Positions 22,723 through 31,250 of a DNA stretch of 64,000 nt are shown piece by piece (the stretch's first letter is position 1; the number at the start of each line of letters is the position of its first letter). Under the pieces are notes generated by a model. It made no database searches, was not told the origin of the DNA, and saw only the letters and a program-made list of their open reading frames with translations. The DNA comes from Fidelibacterota bacterium (GTDB lineage Bacteria > Fidelibacterota > Marinisomatia > Marinisomatales > Marinisomataceae). The position numbers were made by a program, and so were the translations under genes. The stretch spans positions 79,914 through 143,913 of the forward strand of contig OZ243041.1 of NCBI GenBank assembly GCA_965212055.1, in the 5' to 3' direction.

Positions 22723-25548
22723 TTATTTATAATCTTTTATATCTGGGCAAACACAGAAAAAATTTCGATCTCCATAAGCATTATCAATACGTGATACATA
22801 TGGCCAAAATTTATTTTCTTTAATCCATGTTTTAGGAAAAATTGCTTGTTCTCTAGAATAAGGATGATCCCATTCACTGCAAATTTCTCCAACTGTATGT
22901 GGCGCATTAATTAATACATTATTTTCTTTGGATACTTTCCCGCTAACAATCTCATCGATTTCTTGTTTGATTCCTATCATTGTATCACAAAAACGATCTA
23001 ATTCTTCTTTAGATTCACTTTCAGTCGGTTCCACCATTAATGTTCCTGGGATTGGCCAAGACATTGTTGGAGCATGATAGCCATAATCAATAAGTCGTTT
23101 TGCAATATCTTCATTGGTAATATTTGCACTATTTTTGAATTCTCTACAATCAATAATGAATTCATGTGCATTTAATCCGCTAATTCCGCGATAAAGTATG
23201 GTATAATCTTTTTCTAAACGTTTTGCCATATAATTAGCGTTTAGAATCGCAACTTGAGATGCATGTAATAATCCTTTACTGCCCATAAGTTTCATATAAA
23301 TGTATGATATGAGTAAAATACTTGCACTACCATATGGAGAAGAAGAAACAGCATAAGTATGATTTTTATCTGTATTTCTATGCGTTGGAAGAAATGGTTT
23401 TAATTTTTCATTGACACAAATTGGTCCCATACCAGGGCCTCCACCTCCATGAGGAATACAAAATGTTTTGTGAAGATTGATATGCATTACATCAGCACCA
23501 AAATGTCCTGGTTTACAAATTCCAACCATTGCATTCAAGTTGGCTCCATCCATATACACTAATCCACCATTTTTATGAATGATATCACATATTTCATCAA
23601 CATTATGTTCAAATACTCCATGTGTAGATGGATAAGTAATCATTAGTGAAGATAAGTTTTTTCCTGCTTTTTCTGCTTTTGATTTCAGATCATCATAATC
23701 GATATTTCCATGACGATCACATTTAACAATTACTACTTTTAAACCAGCCATAATTGCACTTGCTGGGTTTGTGCCATGTGCAGATTCAGGTATTAAACAA
23801 ATATCTCGTTTAGATTTTTTAGATTTATGATATTCTTGTATTGAAAGTAATCCAGCATATTCTCCTTGTGCACCAGAATTAGGTTGAAATGATACAGCAT
23901 TAAACCCTGTAACTTTTGATAGCATCTCTTCTAATTCATTAATAACTAATTGATATCCTTTTGTTTGTTCAGCAGGAGTAAAAGGGTGTATGATATTAAA
24001 TTCTGGCCAACTAATTGGAATCATCTCAACAGTTGCATTTAATTTCATAGTACATGATCCTAATGGAATCATACTATGATTAAGCGACAAATCTCTTTTT
24101 TCAAGTTTGCTCATATAGCGAAGCATTTCTGTTTCAGAATGAATACTATTAAAGATTGGGTGAGTTAAAAAAGCGCCCCCTCTAGTCGGTGCAGAGCTCA
24201 GTTTTTCTTTGTTTGGTGCATTAGAATTTGTTTTAAACAAATTACCAAGCTTGAGAACTTCTTCCTTTGTGGTTTTTTCATCTAGAGAAATTCCAATACA
24301 ACCATTTTCATGATACATTAGATTAAAATTGTTTAACAATGCTTCTTTTTTCAATGAATCTATTTCTAGGTTCTTTAATTCAACTGTAATTGTATCAAAA
24401 TAATTTTTTTTGTGATTAACAAGTCTATGACCATTCTTCAAAATCAATTCTGATAAATCTTTTGTATGATTATGAATAGTTGTTGCAATGCGTTTTAAAT
24501 TTTTTGGCCCATGAAATACTGCATACATTCCGGAAATAATGGCTAATAAAACTTGTGCTGTACAAATATTAGAAGTTGCTTTTTCTCTTCTTATATGTTG
24601 TTCTCTTGTTTGAAGAGTTAATCGATAAGCTTGATTACCATGTCTATCTTTTGATACGCCAACAATTCTGCCTGGAATATCTCGTTTGAATTCATCACAT
24701 GTTGCAATAAATGCTGCATGAGGTCCACCAAAACCAAGCGGAACACCAAATCTTTGACTATTTCCTACTGCTATATCTGCTCCAAAAGATCCTGGAGCTT
24801 CAAATAATTGTAAACACATTAAATCGGTTGCAAAAATTACCTTACAATTTGCTTTATGAGCTTTATCAACAATCTCTTTATATATTTTTGAGCCATCAAT
24901 TGATCCAAAACGATTCGGATATTGTATAATACAACCAAAGGCATTCTCAAAATTCATTTTTTCATATTTACAGATTTCAACTTCAATGCCTAGAGGCTCT
25001 GCTCTTGCAATAATAACATCAATTGTTTGTTGAAAACAATCTTGATCCACCAAAAATTTCTTTGCATTGTCTTTATTTTTCCTATATAACATTAACATAG
25101 CTTCGCTTGCCGCAGTCCCCTCATCTAAAAGCGATGCATTTGCAATTGGTAAATCACAAATTTCTGAAATCATCGTTTGATAATTCAGTAACGCTTCTAA
25201 TCTCCCTTGTGAAATTTCTGCCTGGTAAGGGGTATATTGAGTATACCATCCTGGATTTTCTAATATATTTCTTAAAATGACATTTGGAGTAATAGTATCA
25301 TAATATCCTTGTCCAATTAATGATCGATAAAGTTTATTTTTTTTACCGATGGTTTTCATATAATCTAAAATTTCATTTTCAGAAAATGATTCATTTCCAA
25401 TTGATTCTTCATCGATTTCTAAGATATTTTTTGGTACAATTTTTTCTGTTAAGCTATTAAGCGATTGTTCTCCTAAAGCGTTAAGCATTTCTTGAATACT
25501 TTCTTCTTTAGGGCCGATATGTTTATTGTGAAATTCCGACATTTTCAT
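22723..25548 (-). CDS. gcvP: Glycine dehydrogenase (decarboxylating), single-chain P protein of the glycine cleavage system
   Basis: A 941-aa protein with YQAEISQGRLEALLNYQT and NLHKTFCIPHGGGGPG (PLP lysine). Met3 (25542) is an alternative start. Confidence 0.95.
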   Translation of the reverse strand: MKMSEFHNKHIGPKEESIQEMLNALGEQSLNSLTEKIVPKNILEIDEESIGNESFSENEILDYMKTIGKKNKLYRSLIGQGYYDTITPNVILRNILENPGWYTQYTPYQAEISQGRLEALLNYQTMISEICDLPIANASLLDEGTAASEAMLMLYRKNKDNAKKFLVDQDCFQQTIDVIIARAEPLGIEVEICKYEKMNFENAFGCIIQYPNRFGSIDGSKIYKEIVDKAHKANCKVIFATDLMCLQLFEAPGSFGADIAVGNSQRFGVPLGFGGPHAAFIATCDEFKRDIPGRIVGVSKDRHGNQAYRLTLQTREQHIRREKATSNICTAQVLLAIISGMYAVFHGPKNLKRIATTIHNHTKDLSELILKNGHRLVNHKKNYFDTITVELKNLEIDSLKKEALLNNFNLMYHENGCIGISLDEKTTKEEVLKLGNLFKTNSNAPNKEKLSSAPTRGGAFLTHPIFNSIHSETEMLRYMSKLEKRDLSLNHSMIPLGSCTMKLNATVEMIPISWPEFNIIHPFTPAEQTKGYQLVINELEEMLSKVTGFNAVSFQPNSGAQGEYAGLLSIQEYHKSKKSKRDICLIPESAHGTNPASAIMAGLKVVIVKCDRHGNIDYDDLKSKAEKAGKNLSSLMITYPSTHGVFEHNVDEICDIIHKNGGLVYMDGANLNAMVGICKPGHFGADVMHINLHKTFCIPHGGGGPGMGPICVNEKLKPFLPTHRNTDKNHTYAVSSSPYGSASILLISYIYMKLMGSKGLLHASQVAILNANYMAKRLEKDYTILYRGISGLNAHEFIIDCREFKNSANITNEDIAKRLIDYGYHAPTMSWPIPGTLMVEPTESESKEELDRFCDTMIGIKQEIDEIVSGKVSKENNVLINAPHTVGEICSEWDHPYSREQAIFPKTWIKENKFWPYVSRIDNAYGDRNFFCVCPDIKDYK

Positions 25549-25573
25549 GAATTCTACTCTCTATTGGGCGTAG

Positions 25574-25645
25574 TACCCCCGGAAGGACTCGAACCTACAA
25601 CCAAGGGCTTAAAAGGCCCCTGCTCTACCATTGAGCTACGGAGGC
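25574..25645 (-). tRNA. tRNA-Lys (anticodon UUU)
   Basis: Hand-folded cloverleaf: GCCTCCG TA GCTC AATGGTA GAGC A GGGGC CTTTTAA GCCCT TGGTT GTAGG TTCGAGT CCTTC CGGGGGT A. There is one U-U mismatch in the T stem and there are two G-U pairs in the acceptor stem. CCA is not encoded. Confidence 0.8.
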
Positions 25646-25805
25646 AAAAGTAGATGAATTTAAGGTTATGAATTGTTATTTGGTAATGGAAAAAACATAA
25701 TTTTTTATAAAAAAATTAAATTAATTATTGCCAAATTGTATAAAAAACTATTACCTTGCGTATAGTCTTTTTAAGATTATTGTAAACAAATACAAGCAAT
25801 CGAAA

Positions 25806-25840
25806 GGTTCCGCGGTTGGCGCTCGGAGCCTTTTTTGTTT
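25806..25840 (+). terminator. Orphan Rho-independent terminator (no plus-strand gene upstream)
   Basis: GGTTCCG (25806-25812) pairs with CGGAGCC (25824-25830), including one G-U pair, and is followed by TTTTTTGTTT (25831-25840). Confidence 0.5.
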
Positions 25841-25877
25841 CCAAAAAAAACATTATCTTTAAAGATATTTGACAATT

Positions 25878-26222
25878 GGGGGCGACCGGTTTCGACATTT
25901 TAGAAAGAAACTTTAAATCGCATGTAGAGCTTAGTAACTCTTTAAACTTCTAAACTGTATTAAGTGCCGATTATGGCCAAATGGCTGTAGCTTAATTGCA
26001 TGCAGTCCATCATCAGTAGGCGTTTCTCATCCGTAGCTGAATGGTGTCATAAAAATGAGATAGCATGTTAATTTTCTTCGATTTAACAAGCAAAATTCAG
26101 AAGATAGTTTTATACATGATTGTTCTTGAACATGTATAAAATGAAAACTAATCAAGCAACTAAACATGTAGAAGTTTAATTTTTCTCTACCATGGACGGG
26201 AGTTCGAATCTCCCCGCCTCCA
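25878..26222 (+). ncRNA. ssrA: tmRNA (SsrA)
   Basis: The 5' GGGGGCGACCGGTTTCGAC pairs with the 3' ...GGACGGGAGTTCGAATCTCCCCGCCTCCA, giving a tRNA-Ala-like acceptor with G3-U and a T arm GGGAG-TTCGAAT-CTCCC. The internal tag ORF GCC GAT TAT GGC CAA ATG GCT GTA GCT TAA (25966-25995) encodes (A)ADYGQMAVA. Confidence 0.9.
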
Positions 26223-26232
26223 CAAATAAATT

Positions 26233-27633
26233 ATGATTAGGTATATTTTTATAATACTATTTACTTTTTTTCTTTCATCATGTGATTTTGACACATCGTT
26301 GAAGATAGAATTAGAGAACAAGGAATCTTCTCATCAACCAATTCCTGGTCCTCGAGATTGTTTTTGGTCTCGTGGTCCAGTTAGCAAAGATCCCTATATC
26401 AACATTGCTTATCCTGATGCTAGCGTTTTTTATTGGAGTGCAACCTTTACTGTCCCTGAAGGTGCTAGACTGTATCTTGAAGGAACATTTCCTCATTCTA
26501 GATATATGTCATTAATTAGTTATGATGGGCGAGGTGCACCAATAGAATCGTTGGCCGACTATCTCATTGTACCTGATGAAAATTCAATAAATCCATTTGT
26601 AGAAGGCGCCAATAGAAATCATGAACAAAGATCTTATATTGTAGAAATTTTGAACCTACCTCCAGAAATAAGAAGAAAAGAAGGAGTCAAACTTGATCTT
26701 CAAACCGATATCAGAGGGGCAGATTCCCAAAAAGAAATTGTTCAAAGCAACTCATTAAATGCAACACAATATGGGAAAGGACAACAATCAATTGTTTATC
26801 GAATTTATGTGCCTGATAAAGATCAAGATGAATTAGGAGGTGTATCTTTACCCGAATTTATTTTGGTATTACATAATGGACAAGAATTAAGGGGGAAAGA
26901 AGCATGTAATGCATTACAAACTAATCAGCGGGCACAAATTACCACTGATGCAATAGGATTGCCTATGACCACATATTCAAAGCTTCTAAACCAACCTGGA
27001 AAACCAGATACGTGGCCAGCAACTGTACCACCAACTTGGTATCTTCAATATGATAGAGATTTTCTTTTGGGTATTTATACTGGTCAACCACCAAAATCTC
27101 TTAGAAAAAGCACAGGTGGTTTTTACCCAAATCTTGATAATAATTATGTACGAACTATTATTAATCGTAAGCATGGTAAAGTATTTGTTCTGCAAGGGAA
27201 ATTACCTACAACTCCCACAACTTATCATGGTGATGAATTGATGACCAAAGGCGATATGGTCTATTGGTCTATTTGTTCCAATCAGGGTTTTGCAAATACT
27301 CGCGTCAATGATTGTCTTTTCGATGAGCAAGTTCCTGTCAATCAAAATGGTGAATATATTATTGTCGTGAGTCGCAAAGAAGATCGTCCTCGAAATGCCT
27401 ACCCTGAATGTGGAATTGGTTGGTTACCAATGGCTGATGATGGAGATGGCGCTATAGATGAAGATGCCACGGTTATCCAAATTAGAAATATGTTGGCTTC
27501 TGCTGATTTTAAACATGCAATTCAAAATGTTGATGAGATTGGCAAAGAAAAAGAAATTATGGGACCTTATTTACCAACTTCTTTTTACACCACCACAGGT
27601 GCGTTCGAAGTTTTATTGCCCTGTCTTAAATAA
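26233..27633 (+). CDS. Lipoprotein of unknown function, motif pattern reminiscent of DUF1254/DUF1214 proteins
   Basis: Lipobox FLSSC. The motifs FPHSRYMSLISYD, VYWSICSNQ, NQNGEYIIVVSRKEDRP and IGWLPM resemble (from memory) the RYYS..YD / FWS / NWLP signatures of DUF1254-DUF1214 proteins. An HMM search is needed to confirm this. Confidence 0.6.
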   Translation: MIRYIFIILFTFFLSSCDFDTSLKIELENKESSHQPIPGPRDCFWSRGPVSKDPYINIAYPDASVFYWSATFTVPEGARLYLEGTFPHSRYMSLISYDGRGAPIESLADYLIVPDENSINPFVEGANRNHEQRSYIVEILNLPPEIRRKEGVKLDLQTDIRGADSQKEIVQSNSLNATQYGKGQQSIVYRIYVPDKDQDELGGVSLPEFILVLHNGQELRGKEACNALQTNQRAQITTDAIGLPMTTYSKLLNQPGKPDTWPATVPPTWYLQYDRDFLLGIYTGQPPKSLRKSTGGFYPNLDNNYVRTIINRKHGKVFVLQGKLPTTPTTYHGDELMTKGDMVYWSICSNQGFANTRVNDCLFDEQVPVNQNGEYIIVVSRKEDRPRNAYPECGIGWLPMADDGDGAIDEDATVIQIRNMLASADFKHAIQNVDEIGKEKEIMGPYLPTSFYTTTGAFEVLLPCLK

Positions 27634-27635
27634 GA

Positions 27636-28397
27636 CTAATTTGGAATACGATCTGGAAAATCTGTAATAATACCATCTATACCAAATTCTATAGCATGAC
27701 TAATTGCAGCAGGTTCATTGATAGTCCAGGAATATATTTTAAAGCCTGCTTTATGAATTGTATTAACAATTTCTTGGTCTAAAGAAGAAAAATTTGGATG
27801 TATAGCAACTGCATCAAGTTTAATTGCTATATCAATCACTTCATTTAGTGTATTATTTTCGTTTAATATTCCAATTGGAATATCTGTGTTCTCATTTTTA
27901 AATATTGTTAATTCATCCCAATCAAAACTTGATACTATTAATTGCTCTACTTCCCATTTGGTGTTTGTGATGAAATCTTTCAAAATAGAAGCAGTAGGGA
28001 CTGCCGTATTTTTCCCCTTTAATTCAACATTTAATAGTATGTCTCCATTAATTAGTTCAAGGACTTCTTCTAATGTTGGTATTTTATATTTTCCTTCTAC
28101 TAAAATATTGTTGAGAGAATCAAGAGTAGTTTCTTCAATGAAACCATTTCTATTAGTGAGTCGACTTAATTCTTTGTCATGAAAAACAACAATTTCACCT
28201 GATGCACAACGAAATACATCAATTTCTACTCCATCTACATTGAGATCTATTGCTTTTTGAATAGATTCCAAAGTGTTTTCGGCGACATGCCCACGAGCTC
28301 CTCTGTGTCCTATATTTAATATCTCTTTGTTATTACAAGAACTAAGTATCATTATAAAAAGTAAAGAATATATATTTTTTATAAAATTAGTTTCCAT
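27636..28397 (-). CDS. Glycerophosphodiester phosphodiesterase (GDPD family), lipoprotein
   Basis: Lipobox ILSSC and GHRGARGHVAENTLESIQKAIDLNVDGVEIDV...VVFHD. Confidence 0.85.
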   Translation of the reverse strand: METNFIKNIYSLLFIMILSSCNNKEILNIGHRGARGHVAENTLESIQKAIDLNVDGVEIDVFRCASGEIVVFHDKELSRLTNRNGFIEETTLDSLNNILVEGKYKIPTLEEVLELINGDILLNVELKGKNTAVPTASILKDFITNTKWEVEQLIVSSFDWDELTIFKNENTDIPIGILNENNTLNEVIDIAIKLDAVAIHPNFSSLDQEIVNTIHKAGFKIYSWTINEPAAISHAIEFGIDGIITDFPDRIPN

Positions 28398-29622
28398 TAT
28401 GAATTTCTACTGCAGCACGTAATCCAGAAAATAATGCGCCTTGCATCCATCCGTGATAATCAGATGCATGTTCCCCTGCAAAATGAATCCGTTCTTCTGC
28501 TGCACCAATATGAGCAGCAAGAGCTGCATCTTGTGATGAAGTAGGTGATGCCCATGCTCCTTTAGACCATTCTTCTAGAGCCCATGATTGAGTAGTTCCA
28601 CTTTCTAGATTATTTGTGGCACCAGGAAAAATATTTTCCCATCTATTTAAGACAGAGTTTATACGTTCTTGTTCGGTTAACACATCCATTTCTTCTGCTC
28701 TGCTGTAGCGCAAATAGGACATAATGATACCACGAGGGCCATTAAGATCCCAAGTAGGTTGCCATATTTCTTCTGGAAAATCAGTGTTCCCCCATCCGTT
28801 TAACCCCTCATTTTCCCAAAATCGATTTTGAAATTGAATATAAGTTCTAGTTGAAGGGGCATAACGATACCCACCATTCATTGCTGTTTGTTTTTCTGAG
28901 GATAAAGATGGTGTAAATTGAATTTTATTTAGCACTGTTAATGGAACAGTGCACAATGCTCTATCTCCTATAAATTCAGTACCATTGGTTGTTCGAACAG
29001 TAACACCAGTAGATTGTTGTTCAACGGATTGCACTGGCATTCCAAGTGCTATGTGTTGATTAAGATAATCAGAAAATGCATATGGAAGACGATCTGATCC
29101 TCCACGAATTTTCACGTAATCTTTACGCAAAACTGAACCATAGGTTGCATTAAGGTAATTACTATTTGAAATCAATTCACGATTTCCATCTACCACATCT
29201 ACATAAGACCCTGATGTTGCATAAAATGGATCTAATTCTAAATTAAAATGATTTGCATATCCCAATGTTAAATCATGGCTAGGTTTAATTCTTGCAGCTC
29301 CACCTTCGGCAAAGTGATTGTCAGCAAATGGAGATCGAATTGTAAACACTCTTCCGCCAATGCGATTTCTTGCTTCTAAAATTGTAACATCATGTCCAGC
29401 CCTATTTAATTCGTAAGCAGCAACTAACCCTGAAAGTCCCGCACCAATAACAATGACTTTCTTAGAAGGTCTATTCCCACTAAGCATTCCTGGTGAATAA
29501 GTAATTATAGGATTTTCTTCTGTTGGGCTTGATTGATTATCTTCACAGGATGGAATAAGTGTTGCTCCTGCTGCAATAATGATACTTCTTCGAATAAATT
29601 CTCGTCTTGTTATATCAGACAT
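28387..29622 (-). CDS. Flavin-containing amine oxidase (MAO/LAAO family) with a Tat signal and lipobox
   Basis: Twin-arginine signal TRREFIRRSIIIAAGATLIPSC, FAD fold VIVIGAGLSGLVAAYELNRAGHDVTILEARNRIGGRV and C-terminal HFAGEHAS. Confidence 0.85.
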   Translation of the reverse strand: MSDITRREFIRRSIIIAAGATLIPSCEDNQSSPTEENPIITYSPGMLSGNRPSKKVIVIGAGLSGLVAAYELNRAGHDVTILEARNRIGGRVFTIRSPFADNHFAEGGAARIKPSHDLTLGYANHFNLELDPFYATSGSYVDVVDGNRELISNSNYLNATYGSVLRKDYVKIRGGSDRLPYAFSDYLNQHIALGMPVQSVEQQSTGVTVRTTNGTEFIGDRALCTVPLTVLNKIQFTPSLSSEKQTAMNGGYRYAPSTRTYIQFQNRFWENEGLNGWGNTDFPEEIWQPTWDLNGPRGIIMSYLRYSRAEEMDVLTEQERINSVLNRWENIFPGATNNLESGTTQSWALEEWSKGAWASPTSSQDAALAAHIGAAEERIHFAGEHASDYHGWMQGALFSGLRAAVEIHNGN

Positions 29623-29633
29623 ATTTTTGTCGG

Positions 29634-31250
29634 TTACATTTTTTCTGGTGCTTGAATTCCAAGAATTGATAATCCAATTTTGAGAACAATTTGTGTAGCC
29701 TCACATAATTGCATTCTAGCAAGCGATAAATCAATGTTATCTTGATTAATTACTTTATGATTGCCATAAAATTTGTGATAATGTGCTGCTAAATCTTCAA
29801 GATATGTTGCCAGCTGTTTTGGTTCTAATGATTCATACACTTGATTCATTTTAGTAGGGAAGTCAGACAGTTTTTTCATCAAAGCTATCTCATCGTCTTC
29901 TTTCAATAGGTTTAAATTAGTTTTGCTTTTACTTTTAATTTCTTTATTAAATCTTGTTAATAAATTTGCAATACGAGCATGAGCATACTGCAGATAATAA
30001 ACAGGATTTTTTTCAGATTCATCCATTGCTAAATCTAAATCGAAATCCAAATGAGTATTTACTCCACGCATAATAAAAAAATACCTTATAACATCTGAAT
30101 TCAATTTTTCAATTAGTTCATCCAAAGTAACAAAATTTGCTTTTCGGGTAGACATTTTTACTATCTGATTGTCTTTCTTTAAAGTCACAAATTGGTGTAT
30201 TACAACTTTAATATGATTAGTAGGCGTTCCTAGTGCATCTAAAGCGAGTAGTACATCTGGATAAGAATCAATATGATCTGCTCCAAACACATCTACAATC
30301 AAATCAAACCCTCTTTCAACTTTATCAATATGGTATGCGATATCTGGTAATCTATATGTTGGTTCTCCAGAGCTTTTTACTAACACTTTATCTTCTTTTC
30401 TTCCCAGTTTTGTTGTCTTAAACCATGTTGCTCCATCTTTATTGTAAGAAAGAGATAGCTTTGCTAGTTTTTCTAATACTTCATCAATGGAACCATTATC
30501 GTAAAAACTTTTTTCTTTGGAAAAAATATCAAAAACAACATTTAAACTACTCAACGTACTTTGAATATTGTCAAAAATTTGTTTTTCAGTAAACGTTCTA
30601 AATTGTTCGTCTTTCTCGTTTAATTCGTTACCAAATTTTTTAAGAATTTGATCTGCAATTTCATCAAGATATTCTCCAACATATGCATTTTCTTGGGATT
30701 GAAATTCTTTACCAATTTTTTTAGCATATTTTGCGTAACAAGACTCTGCTAAAATTTGCATCTGTTTACCAGCATCATTATAATAATATTCTCTTGTAAC
30801 TTTATAATTATGCCATGATAGTATGTTCGATATTACATCTCCTAAGACTGCTTGTCTTCCGTGTCCGATTGTGAGTGGACCAGTTGGATTACAACTTACA
30901 AATTCTACATTGGCTGATTGTGTTTTACCAGTAGGTCTACCAAATTTTTTTTGATTTTTTAAAATATTACTAAGATTATTTATATAATAATCTAATTCTA
31001 CATTAAAATTAACAAATCCTGGTTCTGTAATAAATACTGAGAACAGTGTTTTATCTTTATTATGATCTAAAACTTCATTGGCTATGTTGATTGGTGACGT
31101 TTGTGATATCTTACCAAGGACTAAAGCGATATTTGATGAATAATCTCCAAATCCTTTCTTCACATTTTTTGTAATACTCCAGTTTGTGTTCTTGATTTTC
31201 TTTTTTTCTAAATAAGAAGAAAGAAATTGTTCTATTTTTTTTTCAATCAT
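29634..31250 (-). CDS. argS: Arginyl-tRNA synthetase
   Basis: HIGH-region variant NPTGPLTIGHGR, KMSKS-like VKMSTRK and a DALR-type C-terminus ending in M, in a 538-aa protein. Confidence 0.93.
   Translation of the reverse strand: MIEKKIEQFLSSYLEKKKIKNTNWSITKNVKKGFGDYSSNIALVLGKISQTSPINIANEVLDHNKDKTLFSVFITEPGFVNFNVELDYYINNLSNILKNQKKFGRPTGKTQSANVEFVSCNPTGPLTIGHGRQAVLGDVISNILSWHNYKVTREYYYNDAGKQMQILAESCYAKYAKKIGKEFQSQENAYVGEYLDEIADQILKKFGNELNEKDEQFRTFTEKQIFDNIQSTLSSLNVVFDIFSKEKSFYDNGSIDEVLEKLAKLSLSYNKDGATWFKTTKLGRKEDKVLVKSSGEPTYRLPDIAYHIDKVERGFDLIVDVFGADHIDSYPDVLLALDALGTPTNHIKVVIHQFVTLKKDNQIVKMSTRKANFVTLDELIEKLNSDVIRYFFIMRGVNTHLDFDLDLAMDESEKNPVYYLQYAHARIANLLTRFNKEIKSKSKTNLNLLKEDDEIALMKKLSDFPTKMNQVYESLEPKQLATYLEDLAAHYHKFYGNHKVINQDNIDLSLARMQLCEATQIVLKIGLSILGIQAPEKM

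Noticed and set aside
25725-25853. A 42-codon minus-strand ORF (MFFLETKKAPSANRGTFRLLVFVYNNLKKTIRKVIVFYTIWQ) in the tRNA/tmRNA spacer.
   Set aside because: It has no RBS, it spans the terminator hairpin and the likely tRNA promoter, and its composition is what A/T-rich spacer would give by chance. Without conservation data it is not supportable as a gene.
25549-25877. A glycine riboswitch upstream of gcvP.
   Set aside because: Only 25 nt separate gcvP from tRNA-Lys. The region upstream of the tRNA is almost pure A/T apart from one hairpin, and it lacks the conserved GGAGAG...CACCG...CUCUGGAGAG-type glycine-aptamer cores.
26223-29622. A genomic island integrated at the tmRNA 3' end, suggested by GC-elevated genes immediately after ssrA.
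   Set aside because: There is no integrase. I could not find a direct repeat of the tmRNA 3' end (…TCGAATCTCCCCGCCTCCA) at the candidate far boundaries (27634, 29623-29640). The GDPD gene in the middle has background composition. Compositional acquisition of individual genes remains possible and is reported separately.
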